Shown: in pieces, positions 1 to 9,420 of the stretch | Layout of the letters: every line of letters starts with the position of its first letter | Position numbering within the stretch: position 1 is the first letter of the stretch | Source of the DNA: Acidobacteriota bacterium | GTDB taxonomy: Bacteria > Acidobacteriota > Vicinamibacteria > Vicinamibacterales > UBA2999 | Length of the DNA stretch: 64,000 nucleotides | Direction of reading: 5' to 3' | Assembly (NCBI GenBank): GCA_021731165.1 | Contig: JAKFXY010000004.1 | Location: forward strand, 640 to 64,639 | Program-made: the position numbers and the translations under genes | The notes under the pieces: generated by a model | Told to the model about the DNA's origin: nothing | The model's database searches: none | What the model saw: only the letters and a program-made list of their open reading frames with translations

Positions 1-1317
1 GTGGGTCAGCGTCGAAGCCAGAATGGCCGACCAGACCTCCTCGCTGCCGTCGATAGCGGCCGTCATGCGGTCCTTACCCATGTGCAGGTGCCGGTGGGTG
101 TTCTCCAGCACCACGATCGCGGCGTCAACGATCATGCCGATGCCCAGGGCGAGGCCCCCGAACGTCATCGTGTTGAGGGTGAAGCCGCCAAAGTACAGCA
201 GCGCGAACGTGCCGACCACCGACACTGGGATCGATGTGCAGACGATGAGCGTGGATCGGAAGTCGCGCAGGAAGGCGAAGATGATCAGCACGACGAGGAT
301 GCCCCCGAGCAGCGCGTGCTCCTTCACGTTGTCGATCGCGCGCTCGATGAAAACGGACTGATCGTTGGTGGCGAGCAGTCGGACGCCGGGGACCTCGCGA
401 TTCACCTTCGCAATCTCGTCCTTGATGCCCTGCGCAACCGCGACGGTGTTCTCTCCGACCTGCTTGCTGACGCTCATCCGCACCCCGGGCTTGCCGTTGA
501 TGCGGAGGAACTGGCGCCGGTCCTCGGTCGAGTCCACCACGTCAGCGATGTCCCTGAGGTACACAGGCACGCCGGCGCGAGTGAGTACCACGAGATTGCG
601 GATGTCGTCGAGGCTCGTGAACTGGCCCTGGCTCCGGACCAGATAGGTCGCGTCGCCCTGATCCACCTCGCCGAGCGGCAGGTTCTCGTTTTCCTGGCGG
701 AGGGTCTGGACGACGCGGTCCACGGAGAGATTGAGCGCCGTGATTTTTTCCCTCGAGAGCTCGATGTGGATTTGTCGGCGGAGGCCGCCGTTCACGTTCA
801 CCGCGGCGACGCCTGGGACGCGCTCGAGCCTGGGCGACAATTCGTTCTGCGCGAGCTCACGGAGCGTGACCGGGTCGAAGTCGCCCTCGACGGCGAGGTC
901 GATGATGGGCAGCGCGTTCGAGTCGGCCTTGAAGATCGTCGCGGGGTCGGCGTTCTCCGGCAGTCGTCCCCGTACGCGGTCAAGACGCGTGCGTACGTCG
1001 TCCACCGCCTCGCTCATATCCGTGCCCCAGATGAAACTGAGCCGAACGATGGTGCGTCCCTCAGCCGAGGTCGAGTTCACCTGCTGGAGGCCCGCGACTG
1101 CGCTGACGGCCTGCTCGATTGGCCGGGTGACGAGCTCCTCCATCTCGAGTGGGCCGACGCCCGCGTAGTTCACGCTGACGGTAATGGTCGGTTGCTGGAT
1201 CTCGGGCATCAGGTCGACCGGCAGTCGCGTGAGCGACAGCGCGCCGAGCAGCACGATGACCGCGCTCAGCATGAACATCGTGACTGGCCGCTCAATGGCG
1301 AAACGAGGAATGCTCAT
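1..1317 (-). CDS. RND efflux transporter permease subunit (AcrB/CusA superfamily), partial, runs off the left edge
   Basis: Read directly on the minus strand from ATG at 1317: MSIPRFAIERPVTMFMLSA...GLPVDLMPEIQQPTITVSV...TRPIEQAVS; TM4 motif GIGMIVDAAIVVLEN. Absent from the ORF track because there is no stop in the window. Follows the MFP and TolC genes. Confidence 0.93.
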   Translation of the reverse strand, partial: MSIPRFAIERPVTMFMLSAVIVLLGALSLTRLPVDLMPEIQQPTITVSVNYAGVGPLEMEELVTRPIEQAVSAVAGLQQVNSTSAEGRTIVRLSFIWGTDMSEAVDDVRTRLDRVRGRLPENADPATIFKADSNALPIIDLAVEGDFDPVTLRELAQNELSPRLERVPGVAAVNVNGGLRRQIHIELSREKITALNLSVDRVVQTLRQENENLPLGEVDQGDATYLVRSQGQFTSLDDIRNLVVLTRAGVPVYLRDIADVVDSTEDRRQFLRINGKPGVRMSVSKQVGENTVAVAQGIKDEIAKVNREVPGVRLLATNDQSVFIERAIDNVKEHALLGGILVVLIIFAFLRDFRSTLIVCTSIPVSVVGTFALLYFGGFTLNTMTFGGLALGIGMIVDAAIVVLENTHRHLHMGKDRMTAAIDGSEEVWSAILASTLTH

Positions 1318-1356
1318 GACCGTTCTCTCAATGTGCTGAAGTGCGTCAACGGTAGG

Positions 1357-2823
1357 CTATTGGACAGCGGCATCGCCGCGGCGTCCACCGCCACCCCCAA
1401 TACGGCGCGTACCATCGCCCCGACTGCCAAGTCCGCCGCCGCGACGGCCTTCCATCGCCCCCTGGATCGCCGCGCCGATGCTCGGTTCCACGGCTGAGGC
1501 CGCCGTACTGGGCACGGCGCCGCCCTGGCCGGGCACGGCGCCTTGGGGCTGAGCCGCATCGTTCCTGGGCAAGGCTCCTTCTTCGCCGGACCGCCCGCCG
1601 CGACGCCCCTCGCCACGCCCTCGGGCACCGGCCAGCACGAAGCGAGCCCCGTCGGTCATCGACGCGGCGCCCGTCGTGATCACGACGTCGCCCTCGTTGA
1701 TGCCTTCGAGTATTTCGACGCGCGTGTCTTCCTCGATGCCGACGCGGACGGCGCGGAAGGTTGCCGTGGTGTTCTCGCCGGCAAGGTAGACACCGCGGCG
1801 TCCGTTGATGTCCACCACCGCGTTGGCCGGCACCACGAGTGCGTCTCTGCGGCTGCCCGTCGTGATCTGGACGCGTGCATACATGCCGGGCTTGAGCCGG
1901 AAGTCTCCGTTGGGGATTTCGACCTCGATGGCCGCCGTACGCGTCGTCGGGTCGAGCACCGGTGCGATGCGCGCTATGCGACCCGTAAAGGTTTCACCAG
2001 GGAAAGCGTCGACGTTGACCACGGCGACATCGCCGGTCTTGACCTGCTTCAGATCCTTTTCGATAACATTGACGACGAGCCTCACGCGTCTGATATCGAC
2101 GACGTCGACGACCGGAGCGTTGTTGCCGACGAACGCGCCGGGATCCACCGCGCGCCTTGCCACGAAGCCATCCACCGGAGAGGTGATCACCGTATTGGCG
2201 AGCGTAATGCGCAGCTCGTCCAGACGCGCCTGCGACTGCTGGTTCTGCGCGCGGGAGAGATCCAGCTGCGCCAGCGCTGCCTGATAACGGGCCTCGTTGT
2301 CATCGAGGGTCTGCTTCGGGAGGAGCTGTCGCTGGAAGAGGCTGCGTGAGCGCTCGACGTTGGTCAGCGCGAGGGAAAGGTCGGCGTCGCGCTGGCGGAT
2401 CGTGGCGCTGGCCACCTGGAACGCGGCCTCTGCCTGCTTGACCTGTTCCTGGATCTCCTGGTCCTCGATCTTGCCCACGCGTTGTCCGCGGTTGACGTGG
2501 TCGCCAAGCCGCACATAAACATCCTGGAGACGGCCGGCCGTCTTCGGGACAACCGCGACGGTGGCATCGCCCACGAGGTTGCCGACAACGATGAGTTGCT
2601 GCGCCAGTGGCATTCGGTGAGCCGCCGCGGTTTCAACTGTCATCGGCCCGGTGGCGCCGAACCGGCCACCTCCGCGACGTCCGCCGGCCGGGGCTCCGGC
2701 GCCCGCGGGGGGCTGCTGCGCGTCGGCGGCCTGAGGAGTCTGTCGGGGGATGAGGCCTGAATAGAAAGCGCCGCCGGCAAGGGCGGCGACGATGATGACT
2801 GCGATGACAACCTGCTTGTTCAT
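1357..2823 (-). CDS. Efflux RND transporter periplasmic adaptor (membrane fusion protein)
   Basis: Start refined to MNKQVVIAVII. N-terminal TM anchor, lipoyl half-motifs (VRLGDHVNRGQ, ITSPVDGFV), alpha-hairpin, LKPGMYARV, low-complexity Gly/Ala tail. Confidence 0.92.
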   Translation of the reverse strand: MNKQVVIAVIIVAALAGGAFYSGLIPRQTPQAADAQQPPAGAGAPAGGRRGGGRFGATGPMTVETAAAHRMPLAQQLIVVGNLVGDATVAVVPKTAGRLQDVYVRLGDHVNRGQRVGKIEDQEIQEQVKQAEAAFQVASATIRQRDADLSLALTNVERSRSLFQRQLLPKQTLDDNEARYQAALAQLDLSRAQNQQSQARLDELRITLANTVITSPVDGFVARRAVDPGAFVGNNAPVVDVVDIRRVRLVVNVIEKDLKQVKTGDVAVVNVDAFPGETFTGRIARIAPVLDPTTRTAAIEVEIPNGDFRLKPGMYARVQITTGSRRDALVVPANAVVDINGRRGVYLAGENTTATFRAVRVGIEEDTRVEILEGINEGDVVITTGAASMTDGARFVLAGARGRGEGRRGGRSGEEGALPRNDAAQPQGAVPGQGGAVPSTAASAVEPSIGAAIQGAMEGRRGGGLGSRGDGTRRIGGGGGRRGDAAVQ

Positions 2824-2869
2824 GAAGGCTTCCGAGTACCGATCCGCTCCGATATGAATAGGGAGACGC

Positions 2870-4564
2870 CTAGTTTCCAGCCGCGTTGATGGTGGTGATT
2901 CCAGCGCCTCTGGCCGCGGGGGCTTCCTGGGCGCGCTGGTAATCGACGAGGGCGCGACGATAATCCAGCAGCGCACGCAGCTCGGAATTCTGTGCCGTGG
3001 ACAGGTCTCGCTGGGCCTGGACCACGAAGAAATTGGTCGAGAGGCCGACCTCGAATCGGCTCTGCTCGGCTTCGAGACGCGTCTGCGCAAGTGAACGTGC
3101 CGCCGTCGAGGCGTCGTACCGCTTCAGACCGTTCTCGACCTGCAGTGCCGCGTTGGTGACGTCGGTCGCCACCTGGAGCTCGAGCGCCCGCAGTTGCGCG
3201 GCCGACTGGTTGCGCTGGACCCGCGCCCGTGCGTACGCCGCGTCGGCGGCGCTACCGCCAAGTGGATAGCTCACACTCAGGCTGAGGTTCCAGTTCGGAT
3301 AGTCCCGGCCCGTGAGCGCGCGGAATGCATCCGCGTATCCGCCGGGAATGGTGTCGATGACGGGCGCGTTGACACCTCCCCCGGCTGCGCGCCGGAACTG
3401 CGTGCCGCCGAGACCCTGCGCGCCGTAGATTCCGGTGAGATCGACAGCTGGCAGGGTCTGATTCTTCATGAATCGGAGCGTGACGTCGTTGCCCTCGACC
3501 GTACGCCTGGCCTGATCGAGGTCTGTTCGCGCGTCGAGTGCCTTTCGCACCGCCGCCTCCACGTTGAGTGGCTCGGGGGCGAACGTGGGCCGATCAATGG
3601 GGTTGAGCGACGCGCGCCACAGCGGGTCATCGGTGCCGTTGACGATGAGGCGCTTGAGGGCGAGCTCGGCCGTCCGCCAGGTTGCTTCCGCTTGGGCGAC
3701 CGCTTGTCGGCGCGTGGCCGCCTCCGCCTCGGCCTGCACGACGTCGAGCGGAGCCATCGTGCCAACCTCCACCCGTGCGCGATTGTCTTGGACCAGCTTT
3801 TCCGCCAGGTCCAGCGAGCCACCAGCCACCTCTGCCGCTTGGATGGCGTAGAGCAGCTCCCAGTAGGCATTACGTACGTTGGCCAGAGTCGTGGCAACCG
3901 TACCGCGCAACTGAATCTCCGAGATATCGCGGTTCAGCGCCGTGACACGCAGCTGCTGCCTGTTGCTGTCGATGCGCAATCCTCGCAACAGCGGCTGCAC
4001 GGCCACGATGCTGAAAGAGTTCTGGAAGCTGGGGTTGTAGTTGACCAGATTGTTCGTCGTGATCTGCTTGCTGTTGTTGAAGGAGAAGCCGAGGTTCGCG
4101 CCGGTCGAGCGCAACGTCTGGCTGAGACCGGTGTTATAGGTCGTGGTGTCGAGATCGACGATCGTGCCGCCGTTCAACGTGCTCGTCGGCGGCGTGAGCC
4201 GCGACTGCTTGCCGATGGTCGAGACAGCGGTCGGCCGATACACCGCTTCCAGCCGTGCGATCTGCAGATCAAACGTCTGGGGATTGAGTCGCTCAACGGC
4301 AAGTTCGAGGTTGCGCTCGAGTGCGCGGGCGGTGGCATCGTCCAGCGAGAGGCCAACCGTCGCCTGAACGGTCTCGGGTGCCGCCGGCTGAGTCTGGTCG
4401 GCAGCGCTGCCTGGGCGAGCCAGTTCGAACCGCTGCGCCGCGGCGCGGGCGATGCCTTCGAGGCGCGCCTGCTCGGAGGCCTGTTGTCCCAGCGCTGGCG
4501 ATGTGAGGAAGACCACCCAGATGGCAAGAGCTGATCCGGGAACGAAGACGGAATGTTTCTTCAT
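2870..4564 (-). CDS. TolC-family outer membrane efflux protein
   Basis: Signal peptide MKKHSVF...; LSLDDATARALERNLEL, two OEP repeats (VRNAYWELL; EQSRFEVGLSTNFFVVQAQRDL). Confidence 0.9.
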   Translation of the reverse strand: MKKHSVFVPGSALAIWVVFLTSPALGQQASEQARLEGIARAAAQRFELARPGSAADQTQPAAPETVQATVGLSLDDATARALERNLELAVERLNPQTFDLQIARLEAVYRPTAVSTIGKQSRLTPPTSTLNGGTIVDLDTTTYNTGLSQTLRSTGANLGFSFNNSKQITTNNLVNYNPSFQNSFSIVAVQPLLRGLRIDSNRQQLRVTALNRDISEIQLRGTVATTLANVRNAYWELLYAIQAAEVAGGSLDLAEKLVQDNRARVEVGTMAPLDVVQAEAEAATRRQAVAQAEATWRTAELALKRLIVNGTDDPLWRASLNPIDRPTFAPEPLNVEAAVRKALDARTDLDQARRTVEGNDVTLRFMKNQTLPAVDLTGIYGAQGLGGTQFRRAAGGGVNAPVIDTIPGGYADAFRALTGRDYPNWNLSLSVSYPLGGSAADAAYARARVQRNQSAAQLRALELQVATDVTNAALQVENGLKRYDASTAARSLAQTRLEAEQSRFEVGLSTNFFVVQAQRDLSTAQNSELRALLDYRRALVDYQRAQEAPAARGAGITTINAAGN

Positions 4565-4583
4565 GCGTGTTCGCGAGAATGGC

Positions 4584-5045
4584 CTACGGGCGGCGGCTTG
4601 GAGCTCCGCCACGCCGGCTGCGTTCGCGCTCACGCTGGCGGGCCTGGGTGAGCGCGGTGAACTTTGCCCACTGATCCGCGGTCAGGCTTCGGCGCATCTT
4701 GAGCAGCATGGCGACGCGCGCCTTGTTCATCTCGGCCCGGGCGTCTTCGAGGGTGTTCACCTGTTGCATGACCGTGGCGTCGTCGCCGCTATCCACCAGG
4801 CGATCGAACTCCAGTTGGGCCTTTTCGACCGCGTCCGTCCTCGCGCGCAGGGTTGGGAGTGACTTCTGGAAGATCTCCTCAAGGCGGGTGCTCTGTTCCT
4901 GCGTGAGTCCCAGTTCCCGCCGAAAGGTATCGTCCTGCCACCACTTGAAGCCCTGCGCTGAGACGGGAAGTGCCGCGCAGAGTGCACAGAAAACGAGGGC
5001 CAGAAGGGTGGTCGTCCGGACTTTCATCATTTTTGACGTTTTCAT
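4584..5045 (-). CDS. Spy/CpxP-like periplasmic protein (heavy-metal sensor/chaperone family)
   Basis: Signal peptide, KWWQD...ELGLTQEQ and LTADQWAK (LTxxQ motifs), helical. Exact start among several ATGs is uncertain. Confidence 0.78.
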   Translation of the reverse strand: MKTSKMMKVRTTTLLALVFCALCAALPVSAQGFKWWQDDTFRRELGLTQEQSTRLEEIFQKSLPTLRARTDAVEKAQLEFDRLVDSGDDATVMQQVNTLEDARAEMNKARVAMLLKMRRSLTADQWAKFTALTQARQRERERSRRGGAPSRRP

Positions 5046-5063
5046 CGCGTGCCTACGTGACAA

Positions 5064-5089
5064 TACGCCCGGCGAGCAGAACGTGTTTA
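5064..5089 (-). promoter_or_regulatory. Putative ECF-sigma promoter (TAAAC-N17-CGTA) upstream of spy-tolC-MFP-RND
   Basis: Minus strand reads TAAAC acgttctgctcgccggg CGTAT, matching the motif in front of the ECF sigma gene. Confidence 0.5.
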
Positions 5090-5161
5090 GTCCTCTTGCT
5101 GCAGAGACATACGAGTGACCACGTCGAGCTGAACCATACAGGTAAGTCCTGTCATCACCAT

Positions 5162-6337
5162 CTAAGGATTGGCCAGTTCGTCCAGCCGGCGAATCACCTC
5201 ACCGACCAGGTTGTCGGGCGTCGAGGCACCGGAGGTCAGGCCAATCGTGACAGGCCCCTCGTCAGGCAGCCAGTTCCACGCCGTTACCTCGTGCTTTTCG
5301 CCAACCGGCTGGTGGCGAATCTCCCTCGCGGACACCAGCGACTCGGGTTCGGCGATATGAAACGTCGGCCGCTCGGCAGCGCAGATTCGCGCCAGGTTGT
5401 AGGTATTGCTGCTGTTGTAGCCGCCGATGACCAGCATCACGTCGATTCGCTGCTCAGCCAGGAGGGCAACGACGGCATCCTGCCGGTCCTGAGTGGCACT
5501 GCAGATCGTATCGAAGGTGCGGAACTGGGTGGAAAGGGCCGCCTCGCCATAGCGGTCGGCAATCGCGGCGCGGAACATCTCTCCGATCTCGAGAGACTCC
5601 GTGCTGAGCATGGTCGTCTGGTTGGCACAGCCGATCCGCTCCAGGTCGCGATCCGGGTCGAATCCCGGCGACGCGGCGTGCGCGAATGTGGACAGGAAGG
5701 TCTCCCGGTCCCCGTTGCCCCTGATGTAGTCGCAGACGAGCCCTGCACCCTCGCGATCGAGCACGATCAGGTAATGGCCGCCGCCCTTCAACGCTTGTGA
5801 TGCCGTCGCCTGCGTCTCCTCGTGCCAGTGCTTGCCGTGAATCACGGAGGTGAGGCCGCTTTCGGCATAGCGCGTGACGTTCTTCCAGACGTTCAACACC
5901 GAGCCGCATGTCGTGTCCACTAATGTGCAACCGCGCTCAGACAGTCGCTCGAGCAGCGCGACCGGCACGCCGAAGGCCGGGAGGATGACCACCTCGGCCG
6001 GGGTCAACGTATCGAGAGACTCGCCGGGATCGGAGAGAAACCGGATGCCTTGGGCGCGAAGCTGGTCGTTGACGTGCGGGTTGTGGATGATCTCGCCTGT
6101 GAGAACGACCGAGCGGTCGGGAAAGCGCCTGCGTGCCTGGTACGCGTAGTCCACGGCTCGGTCTACCCCGTAGCAGAAGCCGAACTCGCGGGCCAGATGG
6201 ACTTCGAGCCGTCCTGACACGAAGCGGTAGTCGTGGCTCTTGACCGTGTCCACCAGTTCGCTGTGGTAGCTCTCTGCGAGCACGTGCTCGACCTCGCGCT
6301 TGAGGTCGAGACCCTTACGGAATATCAGGGGGGGCAA
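5162..6337 (-). CDS. ispH: 4-hydroxy-3-methylbut-2-enyl diphosphate reductase
   Basis: Three Fe-S cysteines (FGFCYGV, DTTCGSV, TICSAT), HNPHVN, NQTT, GGYNSSNT, GASTPD. Confidence 0.95.
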   Translation of the reverse strand: MPPLIFRKGLDLKREVEHVLAESYHSELVDTVKSHDYRFVSGRLEVHLAREFGFCYGVDRAVDYAYQARRRFPDRSVVLTGEIIHNPHVNDQLRAQGIRFLSDPGESLDTLTPAEVVILPAFGVPVALLERLSERGCTLVDTTCGSVLNVWKNVTRYAESGLTSVIHGKHWHEETQATASQALKGGGHYLIVLDREGAGLVCDYIRGNGDRETFLSTFAHAASPGFDPDRDLERIGCANQTTMLSTESLEIGEMFRAAIADRYGEAALSTQFRTFDTICSATQDRQDAVVALLAEQRIDVMLVIGGYNSSNTYNLARICAAERPTFHIAEPESLVSAREIRHQPVGEKHEVTAWNWLPDEGPVTIGLTSGASTPDNLVGEVIRRLDELANP

Positions 6338-6382
6338 CGCGATCTATGGTAGCAGCCCTGGCCTGCCGCCGCACGGAGCGGA

Positions 6383-6961
6383 CTAGCGCGATTCCCAGGC
6401 GTGTGGCGTGAGGTCGTCGAGGGGCCGGAGCGCCGGCCCGCCACGGCCATCGAGGGCGACTTCGATGTGGCTGAGGAGCTCTTCGTCGGACATTACCGCT
6501 GTAACGGTGCTGAGCGTTCCCGACGTCGCGGCCGGACGCGCGGACTGCGTCGAGGCGGCGTAGGGGGACGGTTCCTGCGGTCCAAGGCGTCCGGCCACAA
6601 GGCCAACGACCAGCCCGGCAACCGCGGCAGCGGCGATCCACCGGCTGGCCGGATGAATCCCGCCCACCGGTTCCTCAGTTGGCCGGCTGCCAGGGAACGA
6701 GATGACGCGTGCCCGACGCCCATCCTGCTGGATGCGTTGGTCGATGCGGACTTGCTGCTTCGCAAGGCGTTCGGCGGGAAAGGCGGCATCGGCGTCTTCC
6801 GTCGCAGCCTGAGTGACTTCACCAAGCATGTGGGCGAGACCTGAGCGCCGCGCTTCGCAGGCCGGACATGCCCCGAGATGCTGCTGTTCGGCGCTCGATG
6901 GCCCCTCGGCGAGGCTCATCTCCACGAGGCGATCGTCCGACAGATGGCTCTGTTTCATCAC
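6383..6961 (-). CDS. Putative zinc-binding (ZAS) transmembrane anti-sigma factor
   Basis: HxxxCxxC (HLGACPAC) near the N-terminus, one TM segment (WIAAAAVAGLVVGLVAG), directly downstream of the ECF sigma gene. Confidence 0.8.
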   Translation of the reverse strand: MMKQSHLSDDRLVEMSLAEGPSSAEQQHLGACPACEARRSGLAHMLGEVTQAATEDADAAFPAERLAKQQVRIDQRIQQDGRRARVISFPGSRPTEEPVGGIHPASRWIAAAAVAGLVVGLVAGRLGPQEPSPYAASTQSARPAATSGTLSTVTAVMSDEELLSHIEVALDGRGGPALRPLDDLTPHAWESR

Positions 6962-6985
6962 TGTCTCGTCAGCAGCGCGCGTTGG

Positions 6986-7639
6986 CTAGCGCCGCTCCAA
7001 GAGCCCCCGCAGCTTGCGGACGGCCCGGAACAAGTGAACCCGAACTGTTGCCTCTCTGAGGCCGAGCGCCTGGCTGACCTCGCGAGTGCTCTGGCCTGCG
7101 ATATGGCAAAACGTGAACACCGCGCGCTGCCGATCCGGTAGTCGCTGCACCGCGGCAGCAATCTCCTGCGCCCGTTCTCTCGAAACCAGCCGTTCTTCTG
7201 GCGACTGATCGGGCGCGATTGGATCTTGGGGCCAGACGTCCGGCTGCGACGACGGGGAGACGACCCAACGGAGTCGCCGAGCCCTCGCTTTCCTGAGGTC
7301 GAGACAGCCATTTACGAGAACGCGCGTGAACCATACTTCGAACGGCAGGTCTTCCCGGTAGCTCGTAATGTGCGTGAACACCTTCACGAAGGCGTCCTGC
7401 ACCGCCTCATCGGCGTCGTGCGCATTGCGCAAGTAGTGACATGCAATCCGGATGGCGCGGCGTTGCTGGTGGGCCACCAGCTCGGCGAATCGCTCCCGCG
7501 CGGTCTCACGGTCGCCCGAAATCACCAGGGCTTTGATCGCGCCCGCGAGCTCAGAATCCTTCGACAGGGCCGTCCGTGGAGCCGGCGTGGCAGCCGTTCC
7601 TACGGAGGACGCGAGTAGTGAAGGCATTCTGTTCATCAT
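6986..7639 (-). CDS. ECF-family RNA polymerase sigma factor
   Basis: Region 2 (DADEAVQDAFVKVF...FEVWFTRVLVNGCLD) and region 4 (LPDRQRAVF...STREVSQALGLREATVRVHLFRA). Confidence 0.93.
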   Translation of the reverse strand: MMNRMPSLLASSVGTAATPAPRTALSKDSELAGAIKALVISGDRETARERFAELVAHQQRRAIRIACHYLRNAHDADEAVQDAFVKVFTHITSYREDLPFEVWFTRVLVNGCLDLRKARARRLRWVVSPSSQPDVWPQDPIAPDQSPEERLVSRERAQEIAAAVQRLPDRQRAVFTFCHIAGQSTREVSQALGLREATVRVHLFRAVRKLRGLLERR

Positions 7640-7640
7640 C

Positions 7641-7665
7641 TACGGCCAGCCTGGCGGAACGTTTA
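7641..7665 (-). promoter_or_regulatory. Putative autoregulatory ECF promoter (TAAAC-N16-CGTA)
   Basis: Minus strand TAAAC gttccgccaggctggc CGTAG immediately before the sigma start codons; AAC/CGT is the common ECF promoter pattern. Confidence 0.55.
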
Positions 7666-7703
7666 CTGGTTGACTATAGCTTCCTTTGCCTCCAGAGACC
7701 GGG

Positions 7704-7733
7704 TTGACTTGATTTGGACACGCCCGGTACGAT
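7704..7733 (+). promoter_or_regulatory. Putative sigma70 promoter for pckA (TTGACT-N18-TACGAT)
   Basis: Near-consensus -35/-10 about 90 nt upstream of the pckA ATG. Confidence 0.55.
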
Positions 7734-7820
7734 CGCCCTCTCTTGAGTACGGTTAACCAACGGATAGTCTTCTACCAGCACCGGGGCGGCCGGGGCTGTC
7801 GCTACGGCACCTTATGAGTC

Positions 7821-9419
7821 ATGCGCACTCAGGTTGAGCCGGTGCGCGGCCTCGAGGCGCATGGCATTCTGAGGCCAGGCCCGGTGCACTGGAACCTGAG
7901 TCCGGCCGAGCTGTACGAGGTGGCGATTCGCCGCGGCGAGGGGCTCCTTGCCGCGCAGGGCCCGCTGGTTTGCCAAACCGGCTCACACACGGGCCGGTCG
8001 CCCAACGACAAGTTCATCGTGCGGGAGCCTTCCAGCGAGGCGCGCATCCATTGGGGCGCCCACAACAAGCCGCTAGAAGAGGCGCAGTTCGAGTTGCTCC
8101 ATCTCGAGATGATGAAGTTTCTCGAGGAGAAGGAACTCTTCGTTCTCGACGCGTGGGCTGGGGCGGATCCGGCCTACCGCCTCCCGATACGGATCATCAA
8201 TGAGCGCGCCTGGCACAATCTGTTTGCCAGAAACATGTTCCTCGAGGAAACGGACCACGCCAGGCTGTCTGGCCACGCCCCCGAGTTCACGATCATCGAT
8301 GTACCGACCTTCAAGGCGGATCCCGCGCGGCACGGGACACGGTCGGACACCTTTGTGCTCATGCACTTCGGCCGGAAGGTCGTTCTCATCGGCGGCACCA
8401 ACTATGCCGGTGAAATCAAGAAGTCGGTTTTCACCGTCCTCAATTACCAGCTTCCACTGAAAACCGTGCTGCCGATGCACTGTTCGGCCAATGTCGGCAA
8501 GGGCGGGGATACGGCGCTGTTCTTTGGCCTGTCGGGTACCGGCAAGACGACGCTCTCGAGCGATCCGGAGCGGGGATTGGTCGGTGACGATGAGCACGGC
8601 TGGAGCGATCGCGGAGTCTTCAACTTCGAAGGCGGCTGTTACGCGAAGATGATCAAGCTGTCGGAAGCGGCCGAGCCGAAGATCTACGCCACCACCCGTC
8701 GCTTTGGGACGATCCTCGAGAACGTCGTCATCGAATCCGGCACGCGCGAGCTCAGACTTGACGACGCATCACTGACGGAGAACACGAGAGGCTCGTACCC
8801 GATCAGTTTCATCGACAACGCGATTCCTTCTGGACAGGCCGGACATCCGGTGAACATCGTGATGTTGACCGCCGATGCGTACGGCGTGTTGCCACCGATT
8901 GCGCGACTGACACCAGACGGTGCGATGTACCACTTCCTGTCAGGTTACACGGCGCGGGTGGCTGGCACCGAGCGCGGGGTGACTGAACCCAAGGCGGCAT
9001 TCAGCACCTGCTTTGGTGCTCCGTTCCTCCCGTTGAGCCCGAACGTGTATGCCACGATGCTTGGCGAGAGGATCGCCAGGCACCAGACCCGCGTGTGGCT
9101 CGTCAACACCGGTTGGACGGGCGGGCCGTACGGCGTCGGCAGTCGCATGAAGATCGCACATACTCGCGCGATGATTACGGCGGCGCTCAGCGGCCAGCTC
9201 GACACGGTCCAGTATCAGAGGCATCCGATTTTCAACGTGGACGTGCCACTGGCGTGCCCTGGCGTGCCGGACGGCGTGCTCGATTCGCGCGGCACCTGGC
9301 CTGACGTGGCGCGGTACGACGAACAGGCGAGGATGCTCGCCGGCATGTTCGCCGAGAACTTCAAGGCATTTGAGAAGGACGTGCCCGAGTCGGTGAAGGT
9401 GGCGGGGCCTCGCGTCTGA
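7821..9419 (+). CDS. pckA: Phosphoenolpyruvate carboxykinase (ATP)
   Basis: TGRSPNDK, YAGEIKK, MHCSAN, GLSGTGKTTLS, GDDEHGW, NFEGGCYAK, FSTCFGAPF. Confidence 0.97.
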   Translation: MRTQVEPVRGLEAHGILRPGPVHWNLSPAELYEVAIRRGEGLLAAQGPLVCQTGSHTGRSPNDKFIVREPSSEARIHWGAHNKPLEEAQFELLHLEMMKFLEEKELFVLDAWAGADPAYRLPIRIINERAWHNLFARNMFLEETDHARLSGHAPEFTIIDVPTFKADPARHGTRSDTFVLMHFGRKVVLIGGTNYAGEIKKSVFTVLNYQLPLKTVLPMHCSANVGKGGDTALFFGLSGTGKTTLSSDPERGLVGDDEHGWSDRGVFNFEGGCYAKMIKLSEAAEPKIYATTRRFGTILENVVIESGTRELRLDDASLTENTRGSYPISFIDNAIPSGQAGHPVNIVMLTADAYGVLPPIARLTPDGAMYHFLSGYTARVAGTERGVTEPKAAFSTCFGAPFLPLSPNVYATMLGERIARHQTRVWLVNTGWTGGPYGVGSRMKIAHTRAMITAALSGQLDTVQYQRHPIFNVDVPLACPGVPDGVLDSRGTWPDVARYDEQARMLAGMFAENFKAFEKDVPESVKVAGPRV

Positions 9420-9420
9420 C

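Noticed and set aside
1-1497. 498-aa + strand ORF
   Set aside because: Antisense shadow of the RND permease; the minus frame has clear RND motifs and this frame has none.
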